This document shows, in pieces, positions 20,007-28,579 of a stretch of DNA of 64,000 bases (positions within the stretch are counted from its first letter, which is position 1; every line of letters starts with the position of its first letter). Location of the stretch: contig VGMF01000003.1 of NCBI GenBank assembly GCA_016866475.1, forward strand, positions 83,661 through 147,660, given 5' to 3'. Under the pieces are notes generated by a model. It ran no database searches and was not told the origin of the DNA. It was given only the letters and a program-made list of their open reading frames with translations. A program made the position numbers and the translations under genes. Source of the DNA: Chlamydiota bacterium (GTDB lineage Bacteria; Chlamydiota; Chlamydiia; Chlamydiales; RGXB01).

Positions 20007-20192
20007 ATGGCAGTACCACGCAATCGCATGTCTAAATCTAGAACACTCAAACGAAGAACAGAGCATGCGTTTCAACCTACCCAATTGATTGAATGCCCCA
20101 ACTGCAAAGCCCACAAAAAATCTCACAGAATGTGTCTTTCTTGTGGTCACTACAAAGGCAAGAGTGTTTTTAAAGAAGCAAAAACAGCTTAA
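20007..20192 (+). CDS. rpmF: 50S ribosomal protein L32
   Basis: MAVPRNRMSKSR...CPNC..H...CLSCG.YKG; GGAG ribosome-binding site upstream. Confidence 0.96.
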   Translation: MAVPRNRMSKSRTLKRRTEHAFQPTQLIECPNCKAHKKSHRMCLSCGHYKGKSVFKEAKTA

Positions 20193-20356
20193 TCTTTCAG
20201 TAGACCTCCTTTAAGAGAGAATTTTAACACTTTCTAAGGTGGCCTACCAAAGCCTTATTAAAGAGGAAAAACTATTCAAAAAAAGTTTTTATCGTTATTC
20301 GATTCTAATTTTTTTTGTTGCAATCCTCCTAAAGAAATTTCTTTTCAGGCAATGCA

Positions 20357-21907
20357 ATGAAAGATTCAAAAGAGATTATGGTAAGTGTTGATTCAAAAGA
20401 GACGCGTGTGGCGCGCATGAATCAAAAACGACTTACCGAACTCAATATCGAGCGTAAAAAAAATAGGCTCATCTCTGGGAATATCTACAGGGGGAAGGTC
20501 ACAAACATCCTCAAAAATATCCAATCCGCCTTTATCGACATCAATGAAAACGAAAATGGGTTTATCCACATTTCCGACGTGATTGAAAACTCCCAAAAAT
20601 TGCAGGAGATGTTTGAGATCGATTTCGATTTCAAGGGGGAAAAAGCGGTCGAAGACGGCGATATTTCCTCCCACTTCAAATTGGACCAGTATATTCTTGT
20701 TCAAGTTGTGAAGGATCCGATAGGTTCAAAAGGGGCACGCCTCACTTCCAACATTTCGATTGCAGGTCGTTATCTTGTATTGCTTCCAAACTCCCCGTTG
20801 CGCGGTGTATCGCGCAAAATAAAAGAACAACCGGTCCGTAATCGGCTCAAAGACATTATCGAGAAGTTCGAACTCCCCTCAAAAATGGGATTGATTTGCA
20901 GAACCGCAAGCATAAAGGCGACTACGGATCAGCTCATCGACGAGGTGCGCGAACTGATCAACATCTTTGACGAAATCATCGAAAACTACCATAAGGCAAA
21001 AGGGCCCACCTGCCTTTATCGGGAGTCGGACATTACGAAAAAGGTCCTCCTCACTGCGATGGATAAAGGATACGACAGGATCTTGGTCGATCACTACCCC
21101 ATGTTCAACGAACTCAAGAAACTCTACGGACGGCACCCGGACCACCAGCTGTTGAAAATCGAATATTACCGCGATAACCTTCCCCTCTTTGAACGCTTTG
21201 GTGTGGATAAAGAGATTGAGAAGGCACTAAAACGGAAAATATGGTTGCAGAGCGGTGCCTACCTCTATTTCGATCGGACCGAAGCGATGCAGACTATCGA
21301 TGTTAACTCGGGTCGTAGCACGAGCAATATGGAGACAAAAGATGTCGAAGAGGCTCTTGTGCAAATCAACAAAGATGCTGCCCTTGAGATCGCGAGACAG
21401 CTACGGATACGTAATGTCGGCGGTCTTATTGTGATCGATTTTATCGATATGCGTTCAAAAAAGAATCAAAAAAGGGTCTTAGAGACACTCAAAGACGCCC
21501 TATTAGAAGATTCCGCAAAATGTACGGTTTTAGGAATGTCCGAATTTGGCTTGGTGGAAATGACACGCCAGCGCAATAAGGAATCCTTGATTCAAACTCT
21601 TATGTGCCCATGCCCCTATTGCAATGGCCAAGGGACAATACAAAGCCATGAGACCGCATCGATCGAGCTGGAACGTGCGATTAAAAAGCTTGTCATGGAC
21701 GGTGTAAAAGGGAGTGTTGAGATTACACTACACCCCGATCTTGACCGCTACATGGATGGGGAAGACAAGGAATTTTTGGATAAACTTGCTAAAAAAGAGT
21801 CTCTTAAGCTCATTTTTAAGACTGACAATGAACTGCATTTGAATGATTTTCAATTAGCCACACCAAAAGGGAGCTCTAGTGCCTCTAAAAAACACGTCTT
21901 TGTATGA
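20357..21907 (+). CDS. rng: Ribonuclease E/G family
   Basis: GNIYRGKV..I...IQSAFIDI, QVVKDPIGSKGARLT, TEAM.TIDVNSG, IARQLR.RN.GGLIVIDFIDM, CPYCNG.G. Confidence 0.93.
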   Translation: MKDSKEIMVSVDSKETRVARMNQKRLTELNIERKKNRLISGNIYRGKVTNILKNIQSAFIDINENENGFIHISDVIENSQKLQEMFEIDFDFKGEKAVEDGDISSHFKLDQYILVQVVKDPIGSKGARLTSNISIAGRYLVLLPNSPLRGVSRKIKEQPVRNRLKDIIEKFELPSKMGLICRTASIKATTDQLIDEVRELINIFDEIIENYHKAKGPTCLYRESDITKKVLLTAMDKGYDRILVDHYPMFNELKKLYGRHPDHQLLKIEYYRDNLPLFERFGVDKEIEKALKRKIWLQSGAYLYFDRTEAMQTIDVNSGRSTSNMETKDVEEALVQINKDAALEIARQLRIRNVGGLIVIDFIDMRSKKNQKRVLETLKDALLEDSAKCTVLGMSEFGLVEMTRQRNKESLIQTLMCPCPYCNGQGTIQSHETASIELERAIKKLVMDGVKGSVEITLHPDLDRYMDGEDKEFLDKLAKKESLKLIFKTDNELHLNDFQLATPKGSSSASKKHVFV

Positions 21908-22895
21908 AATGCTATCCCAGCCACATCTTTCAGAACAGTTTCGATCTAACATCATAGAATTTATAGATTGTTTTTGCGAAATTAGTGTTAGTAAAGGTTT
22001 GTCGGATGATTTTATCAAATGCAGTATTCAAGAACTTATCCAATATGTTCTTGAGCAGATTGAGTCCCCTTATCCTTTCCAGTCAATGCATATACCCCAG
22101 CAAGATGACAACCGTATGTACGAGATAGGGCTCAAGATTGCTGCTCCCCTTATTCACGGAACGCCCGAGATAGTGAACCTCGACAATCTCCTCGAGGTGA
22201 AGTCGCTTCTGGAGCGGGGTGAAAACGTGATATTCGCAGCGAATCACCAAACAGAACTTGAGCCGCAAATCTTAAGTCTTGCCTGTGATCCCTATGCAAA
22301 AGATCTATTTAAAAATACTTTTTTCGTCGCGGGAGAAAGAGTCACAACCGATCCTATCGCGGCCCCTTTTTCGAGGGGGCGTAAATTATTTTGTATTTAC
22401 GCTAAACGCTACGTGAGTGAAGACAAGAACATCGAGATGGAACGGAGAATGCATAATCTTAAAACGATCAAGCAGATGAAAGAGCTTCTCAACAAGGGTG
22501 GGGCTTGTATTTATGTTGCTTTGGGTGGAGGTCGTGACCGTCCCGATCACAATGGGCAGGTGCAGCTCACCCCTTTTGATCCCAGTAGCGTAGGCCTTTT
22601 TACCCTGCTAAGCCAAACTGCTTTGAAACCCACCCATATATATCCCTTGGCAGTATCGAGTTTCAACATCCTTCCTCCACCAATTTCTATCCAAAAAGAG
22701 CTTGGGGAAAGACGCTGGACTCGCGGTGGTTCTTTAAAAATTGCGATCGGCAAGCGTTTTGACTATTCTCCTTTTTTAAAAATTAAAGACAAAGATGAGT
22801 TGCATTCTGCTCTGACAAACGAGCTATTCTCCAAGTTGACTGCATTATACCAACCATTTGAAGGGGATATCGCACCCTTGAGAGCCATTCACTAA
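21879..22895 (+). CDS. Glycerol-3-phosphate acyltransferase, chlamydial/plastid type
   Basis: GENVI..ANHQTE.EP, FVAGERV..DP.A.PFSRGR.LFCIY, GGGRDRPD, HIYPLA, PPP...KELGE.R. Confidence 0.9.
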   Translation: MPLKNTSLYEMLSQPHLSEQFRSNIIEFIDCFCEISVSKGLSDDFIKCSIQELIQYVLEQIESPYPFQSMHIPQQDDNRMYEIGLKIAAPLIHGTPEIVNLDNLLEVKSLLERGENVIFAANHQTELEPQILSLACDPYAKDLFKNTFFVAGERVTTDPIAAPFSRGRKLFCIYAKRYVSEDKNIEMERRMHNLKTIKQMKELLNKGGACIYVALGGGRDRPDHNGQVQLTPFDPSSVGLFTLLSQTALKPTHIYPLAVSSFNILPPPISIQKELGERRWTRGGSLKIAIGKRFDYSPFLKIKDKDELHSALTNELFSKLTALYQPFEGDIAPLRAIH

Positions 22896-24739
22896 GATTT
22901 AGATTTTAAACGATACAAGCCCAGTGCCCATAGAGGAAACAACACCTCATACCCATGGTATTTCAAATAAAACACCCTTGGAAACCCCGGGGCGTTGAAC
23001 GTAGCATCTTTGAAATTGTCTTTTCTTGATAAAAGATAAAAGACCCCTCGCTCGACCTCTTTTGTGGGTACATTACCGGCAAATAGAAGAGTAATCAACA
23101 CAATTGCTGTGTGAAAAACTGTGCTTTTCTCTTGATTTTGTTTTAATGTAGGGGCGTAGGTGTCGCAAGATTCGCCCCATCCCCCATCTTCATTTTGTTT
23201 TGCGATCAAAAAATGGATCGATTTCTGTACCCACTCTTCTTTGGGATCGACTTTTACCTGCATCAATCCTAAAAGAGCAGAGAATGTTCCATAGAGATAG
23301 TTTGTCCCCCAACGCCCCCACCATGACCCGTCCTGCCTTTGAGTCTTTTTAAGGTAAAAAACGGCTCTTTGAATCGATTCTTTTAACGATATATCGTCAA
23401 GCTCCCCAAAAAAAGAGAGAACTCTTCCGGTGACATCTTCCGACGGAGGATCTAATAGAGCGCCATGATCTGCGAAAGGGATCAAATTTAAATAGTTAAA
23501 ATTCTGGTCTATAGAAAAGGCTGCAAAACCTCCATCTTTGGACTGCATTCCTTGGAGCCAATCCTTTGCAGCGTTAATATTTTTTTTATAGCGATTCTTG
23601 TCGACCGCCGCCATGGCCCATCCACACATGGCAGTGTCATCTAGGTCCGGATAAAAAGGGTTGTTATACTGGAAGGCCCATCCTCCCCCTCTCAACTCCG
23701 GCCTTGACAGGCTCCAATCACCTTGAACTCCGATTAATTGCTTTGTAGCAAGCCAGTCCAATCCTCTCAAAAGAGGCTCTTTTAGGTTATCCAAAGTAAA
23801 TCTTAAAGCGTGCATTCCGATGGATGTATCCCAAACCGGAGAAACGCAAGGTTGCATGAAGTGGTCGCCCTCAACATGAGCTTCAAGAGATAGGATTGCC
23901 TGCAACCCCTTTTGCACCATCGGGTGCTCCATGGAGTAGCCCAAGCTCAAAAGAGCCTTGATCTGATACTCCATGGCAGTATAGATTCCCCCTAATCCAT
24001 GCTCCTTATTATCATGATCCACAATCCATTTAAGTGCTTTTCTTTCGGCATAACGCCTCAATTTTGACGGAATCCAACAATCTAGTTTACGACCCACTTT
24101 GTCAATAAGGTAAAATATACCCCTCAAACCTTTGAAACTGGGTGGAATGTAGGGGACTAAAAGTTCTTTGACATCAATTTTTTTAGGGTTCTTTGCACTA
24201 AAATTTCTTGTCATGGCGAGTGAAAGCGGGATCACTACTGTCCTGGCCCAATAAGCAAATTTCTGCACGCTAAACGGAGACCATAAGGGCTGCAAGATCA
24301 GCTCAACGGGCATCCAAGGGGCTTCTTTGGGCTCTAGTTGTTTGAACTGAACAAGAGTATAACGGGTAAAAACATTAGCCGCTTTGAGACCCCCATGTTG
24401 GCAGATTTTTTTTGCAATTTTAAGCATGTAGGGTTCGTTTAGAGATTCCCCGGCGCACTTCAGAGCGTAGTAGGCTTTAATAGAAGCACTGATGTCATAA
24501 GGACCTCTAGGGTAACTCACCCACCCATCATCATGGATAGTTTTTTTTAGATAGGCAGCCAGTCTCCTTTCCATTGCCGGATCCCTAAAATCTATGGAGT
24601 GCATCAGCAAGATCATCTCCGCAGTGATTGTTGCATCACATTCAAGAGGAAAAACAAGGTAACCTGCGCTACTTTGAGCACGATAAGCTTTTTCTAAAAG
24701 CTGATTTATGAGCGCTGTGACTTCTTCAACAGGAGGCAT
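22892..24739 (-). CDS. shc: Squalene--hopene cyclase
   Basis: DATITAE, SIKAYYALK, YWART...PL, GLGGI, QPCVSPVWDT, GGWAFQY.N..YPDLDDTA, QW-type repeats (Q.KDGGF, Q..DGSW.GRWGTNY.YGT, QNEDGGWGE), GFPRVFYLKYHGY..FPLWAL. Confidence 0.95.
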   Translation of the reverse strand: MPPVEEVTALINQLLEKAYRAQSSAGYLVFPLECDATITAEMILLMHSIDFRDPAMERRLAAYLKKTIHDDGWVSYPRGPYDISASIKAYYALKCAGESLNEPYMLKIAKKICQHGGLKAANVFTRYTLVQFKQLEPKEAPWMPVELILQPLWSPFSVQKFAYWARTVVIPLSLAMTRNFSAKNPKKIDVKELLVPYIPPSFKGLRGIFYLIDKVGRKLDCWIPSKLRRYAERKALKWIVDHDNKEHGLGGIYTAMEYQIKALLSLGYSMEHPMVQKGLQAILSLEAHVEGDHFMQPCVSPVWDTSIGMHALRFTLDNLKEPLLRGLDWLATKQLIGVQGDWSLSRPELRGGGWAFQYNNPFYPDLDDTAMCGWAMAAVDKNRYKKNINAAKDWLQGMQSKDGGFAAFSIDQNFNYLNLIPFADHGALLDPPSEDVTGRVLSFFGELDDISLKESIQRAVFYLKKTQRQDGSWWGRWGTNYLYGTFSALLGLMQVKVDPKEEWVQKSIHFLIAKQNEDGGWGESCDTYAPTLKQNQEKSTVFHTAIVLITLLFAGNVPTKEVERGVFYLLSRKDNFKDATFNAPGFPRVFYLKYHGYEVLFPLWALGLYRLKSKS

Positions 24740-24829
24740 GCCATGTTACCTTGAAATAGGGATCAAAACATCCCATACTGGATTCACCAAAAACCTGTCA
24801 ACTAGGAAGGGTATCGCCTGAAACCGGTT

Positions 24830-25546
24830 TTAAGCCATATTTGTAAAAACGGCATCTACGTCGTCTAAATTTTCCAACCAGTCGATCAATTCTTCATTTT
24901 TTTTCCGATTTTCGTCATCAACCTCGACTAGAGATTTTGGAATTTGTTCAAAGTCCGCCGCCAGAATTTTTACCCCTTTTTGAACGAGTTTATCCTTCAC
25001 CTCCAATAGGTCGTCTAAACCGGTGAATAGAATAAATTCTTCATCATTAGATTCTATTTCATCCACCCCTACATCAAGGGCGGTAAGAAAAAGCGCCTCC
25101 TCTGTAATTGTCTGTTTCTGGATCCGGATCACCCCTTTTTTATCAAATTGAAACAAAACGCTACCGGGCGTTGCAATATTTCCGCCACGCTTGTTTGTGG
25201 CTATGCGCATATCAGAAGAAGTGCGATTTTTATTGTCGGTTATAATCTCAACGACAATCCCGACCCCCCCGTGTCCATAAAGCTCATAAGTGAGAGCGAA
25301 GTATTCCCCCTGATCGGTTGAGCTCGCTTTTTTAATGTTGCGATCAATGTTTTCCTGAGGAAAGTTTGCCTCCTTGGCCCGATCGATCGCTGCTTTGAGG
25401 CGGGGATTCATTTTTGGATCGCCACTACCCCCCTGCTTGACAGCTGTGATAATCTCTTTAGCAACTCGCGAAAATATTTTTCCCCTTTTCGCATCCACTT
25501 TTTCTTTACGTCGCCTGATGTTTGCCCATTTACTATGGCCTGCCAT
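24830..25546 (-). CDS. yebC: YebC/PmpR family protein
   Basis: MAGHSKWANI, NPRL, YE.YG.GG, TDNKNRT, LE.LDDV..VFTN. Confidence 0.96.
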   Translation of the reverse strand: MAGHSKWANIRRRKEKVDAKRGKIFSRVAKEIITAVKQGGSGDPKMNPRLKAAIDRAKEANFPQENIDRNIKKASSTDQGEYFALTYELYGHGGVGIVVEIITDNKNRTSSDMRIATNKRGGNIATPGSVLFQFDKKGVIRIQKQTITEEALFLTALDVGVDEIESNDEEFILFTGLDDLLEVKDKLVQKGVKILAADFEQIPKSLVEVDDENRKKNEELIDWLENLDDVDAVFTNMA

Positions 25547-25547
25547 T

Positions 25548-26054
25548 TTATAACCACTGCTGCATTAAAATTTTATCTCGATACGTCCCATCCTCTTCTT
25601 TCAAGAAATTAGAATGGACCCCATACTCTTCAAATCCTGCTTTAAGGTAAAGTCGACGGGCAGGATTGTCCCTATAAACTTCCAGGTGTAGCAATGAGAC
25701 GGCAAAATCTCTTTTTGCTCTGACTTTGATCTCCTCTAAAATCTGCTTGCCTACCCCCTTACCACGCATTTCAGGATGCACGATGATTGAAAAAAGAGAT
25801 TGATGTTTCAGCTTCTTTACCGGCGTCAGATAGAGATTAAAAAAGCCGACAATATTTCCCTCATTGCGCACCGTAAAAGCCGAGCCAAAGGTTTTTCCAA
25901 AATACCCAATCCAAATCTTGGATGCATCCTCTATCTCAAGCTGACTGATCATCGGAAACCATTTTAAAATATTAGGTTCACTAAGCCAACTTGTTAGAAC
26001 AGGGATCTCCTCTTCTTTAGAAACTTCATACTTCAATTCGATTGGATCTCTCAA
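25548..26054 (-). CDS. GNAT family N-acetyltransferase
   Basis: IIVHPEMRGKGVG, LHLEVY..NPA..LY.K.GF..YG. Confidence 0.88.
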   Translation of the reverse strand: MRDPIELKYEVSKEEEIPVLTSWLSEPNILKWFPMISQLEIEDASKIWIGYFGKTFGSAFTVRNEGNIVGFFNLYLTPVKKLKHQSLFSIIVHPEMRGKGVGKQILEEIKVRAKRDFAVSLLHLEVYRDNPARRLYLKAGFEEYGVHSNFLKEEDGTYRDKILMQQWL

Positions 26055-26553
26055 ACACTACCCTCGCTCTGGTTTCATCGTTAGAAAAACGGACGAATCC
26101 ATTTTGCATAAACACTTTCTTAAATGAGAGCTTCTCTAAAATAGAGAGTAAAGAACAACCCTCATAAATTTCACATTGAATTTTTTCTACAATTTCAAAT
26201 TTAAGGCTAAGATGCACTAAATTCCTTAAAAGCGAAGTTCCTACCCCCCTTTTTTGGAAAGCGGGATCTACGAGAAGATAGGCCGTGGCGTGAATCGCCA
26301 CCTTTTTATAGGGCAAAAGAAAAATAAATCCATAACCAACAGGAACACCATCGAAAACGGCTGTTAAGGCACACTTATACTTGGAGAAATTGACTAAATT
26401 TTTAATAAAAATATCGACATCTTCCTCAGATGAGAGAGGGAACCATTTTTGCAGTTCGGGCTGCATGAGCAGCCTCTTCAAATTTTCTTGGTCATTTTCT
26501 TGAAAATAACGGATATCGTACCGGTTGTCTTTGTTAATGTCCTGTTTATCCAT
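26026..26553 (-). CDS. GNAT family N-acetyltransferase (paralog of the neighbour)
   Basis: LVDPAFQKRGVGTSLL acetyl-CoA motif; shares KWFP and Y/V-KK..H motifs with 25548-26054. Confidence 0.85.
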   Translation of the reverse strand: MDKQDINKDNRYDIRYFQENDQENLKRLLMQPELQKWFPLSSEEDVDIFIKNLVNFSKYKCALTAVFDGVPVGYGFIFLLPYKKVAIHATAYLLVDPAFQKRGVGTSLLRNLVHLSLKFEIVEKIQCEIYEGCSLLSILEKLSFKKVFMQNGFVRFSNDETRARVVFERSNRIEV

Positions 26554-27651
26554 TACGATCCCCTGTTCTTTAAGTAGGACTCTACAAAAGGGTCCAAATC
26601 CCCGTCAAGAACACCCTCTACGTCTGATGTCTCAAATTCGGTCCTTAAATCTTTGCACATCTGATAGGGCTGTAACACATAACTGCGTATTTGAGAACCC
26701 CATCCGTTCACAAGCTGCTCTCCGCTGATATTTTTTAGCGCAGCCTCTTTTTTAGCCACTTCCAACTCGTAGAGACGGTCTTTTAACATCTTCATACACC
26801 GTTCTCTGTTTTGTATCTGACTCCTCTCTTGCTGTGAAGAAACAACTATCCCTGTTTTAAGATGGGTAATGCGTACTGCTGAATCGGTTTTGTTGACATG
26901 CTGGCCACCCGCGCCGGAGGCACGATAGGTATCAATACGAATATCCTCAGGTCTTACCTCGATTGGAATCTCCTCGTCCATAGAGGGGGCAACTTCTACA
27001 GACGCAAAGCTCGTGTGACGCCTCCCCGACGCATCGAACGGAGAAATTCTCACAAGCCGATGGACCCCTTTTTCTGCTTTACAAAAGCCATAGGCATAGT
27101 GAGATTCCACTTGAAAAAGTATATGCTTTAAACCAGCTACTTCCCCCTCAAGCCGGTCCAAAACCAGGTATTTCCAACCCCTTTTTTGAAACCACCTTTC
27201 ATACATTCTAGCCAACATAGAAACCCAGTCGCAGGACTCTGTCCCACCAGCACCTGCATTGATCTCCAAAGTGCAAAACTTGGGGTCAAGTTCCGACGAT
27301 AGCATTCGCTTCAGCTCAATCGAACGTAAATTTTTTTCTATAACACTAAGTTCAGACTCCATTTCAGCAATCAGTGCCGTGTCTTTTGACGATTTCGCCT
27401 CAGGGTAAAATGTTTCAAGATAGTCTGTTGTAGAAAGGATCTGTTCTATGGGCTGGATCCAATCCTTAAGAGCATTCGACTCAGCAATTTTTTTTCTTGC
27501 TTTTTCTTGATCCTCCCAGAACGCAGTGTCTTTCATCTCCTCGTCAAGTTCGCTAAGGCGCAGTTTTTTATAAGCCAAGTCAAAGAAACCTCGCTAGCTC
27601 AAGGATTCTGGTTTTTACGTCCTGTATTCTTGGTGTAAGATCGATCATCAT
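26553..27651 (-). CDS. prfB: Peptide chain release factor 2 (programmed +1 frameshift)
   Basis: 5' segment ATG 27651 MMIDLTPRIQDVKTRILELARFL, then CTT-TGA-C at 27585-27579, continuing in the +1 frame into SPF and GGQ motifs. Confidence 0.96.
27579..27594 (-). promoter_or_regulatory. prfB frameshift site
   Basis: GCGAGGTTT-CTT-TGA-C: internal SD-like GAGGT 5' of the slippery CTT TGA C. Confidence 0.9.
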
Positions 27652-27904
27652 AGAAGTTCATTCTACCCACTATCCCTTTTTTTTTCACGTTATTCAATCG
27701 ACATAAATATAATTTTATGTGCACTTGTTAATAGCTGGGATCCCCCCTGCTTTTATAATGTATCCAAACGTATTTTTTAAAAAAGGAACCTCTTATTTTT
27801 TGAAATACTTTTTTTAAATTAATATGCCCTTTACGATAAATGCGTTAAAAGTATAAAATTTTCACAATGATGGGACATAAAAACCTAATTTTTTTGGAGG
27901 ACAA

Positions 27905-28417
27905 ATGACATCAATAATTAATTCAGCATCTAGCGCAGCATATGCAGCTACAAGTTATCTAGGTACGGCTATTCGCAACGTAGGAAACCTTGCAGGTCGC
28001 ATCGTTACTACTCTTTCAAACTTTGTGCCCTCCCAGGTTTCCACAAAAGTTCAAGGACTTTTCAGCCCTATATCTAGAGCTTGCAGCGCCCTTCCAAAAC
28101 CAATCAAAGTTGCAGCTATTGTAGCAGGTGGGATCGCTTCTGTTGTTGCGCTTAAGCGTTTTTACAACATGAAATCTACAAATCAAAACAACGCTCAGAG
28201 GACTCAAAACGGTAGTTCGGGTGATGCCGAAAGCACAATGGTCTCAAATGACGAAGATCAAAAATCACTAAAAGAATTACCAGAGGCACCAGTCAGCGGT
28301 TCAGGTGATAAAGAAACCTCCGCAAATCAGAGCGACGTATTGAAAAACGATGGTCGTGATATTCAAAGCCACCCTCAGTTGGACCCTGTACCTGAAGAAG
28401 GCGAGAACAGAAACTAG
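27905..28417 (+). CDS. Hypothetical protein, candidate secreted or membrane-anchored effector
   Basis: GGAGG ribosome-binding site; S/A/T-rich N-terminus, one hydrophobic helix (VAAIVAGGIASVVAL), acidic low-complexity tail. Confidence 0.75.
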   Translation: MTSIINSASSAAYAATSYLGTAIRNVGNLAGRIVTTLSNFVPSQVSTKVQGLFSPISRACSALPKPIKVAAIVAGGIASVVALKRFYNMKSTNQNNAQRTQNGSSGDAESTMVSNDEDQKSLKELPEAPVSGSGDKETSANQSDVLKNDGRDIQSHPQLDPVPEEGENRN

Positions 28418-28478
28418 AGTAAAAGCAGTTTAAATAATTATTGAGCTGCTTCCTGGTTGATTTTTCCAAAAATCACTC

Positions 28479-28538
28479 ATTCCTTTAACCAGAGGATAAG
28501 ATTGCATTTGGCAATCCTTACACTCTGGTTAAAGGAAT
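28479..28538. repeat. Long imperfect inverted repeat between convergent genes
   Basis: ATTCCTTTAACCAGAG (28479-28494) pairs with CTCTGGTTAAAGGAAT (28523-28538); inner TAAG-ATTGC/GCAAT-CCTTA stem. Confidence 0.75.
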
Positions 28539-28579
28539 TCTCATTTCTTAGAATATTTTTATTTTCAAAGACCGGTAAA

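Noticed and set aside
20562-20570. TTATCCACA DnaA box; also considered oriC near rpmH-rnpA
   Set aside because: A single box inside the RNase E/G gene; no box cluster or dnaA near rpmH.
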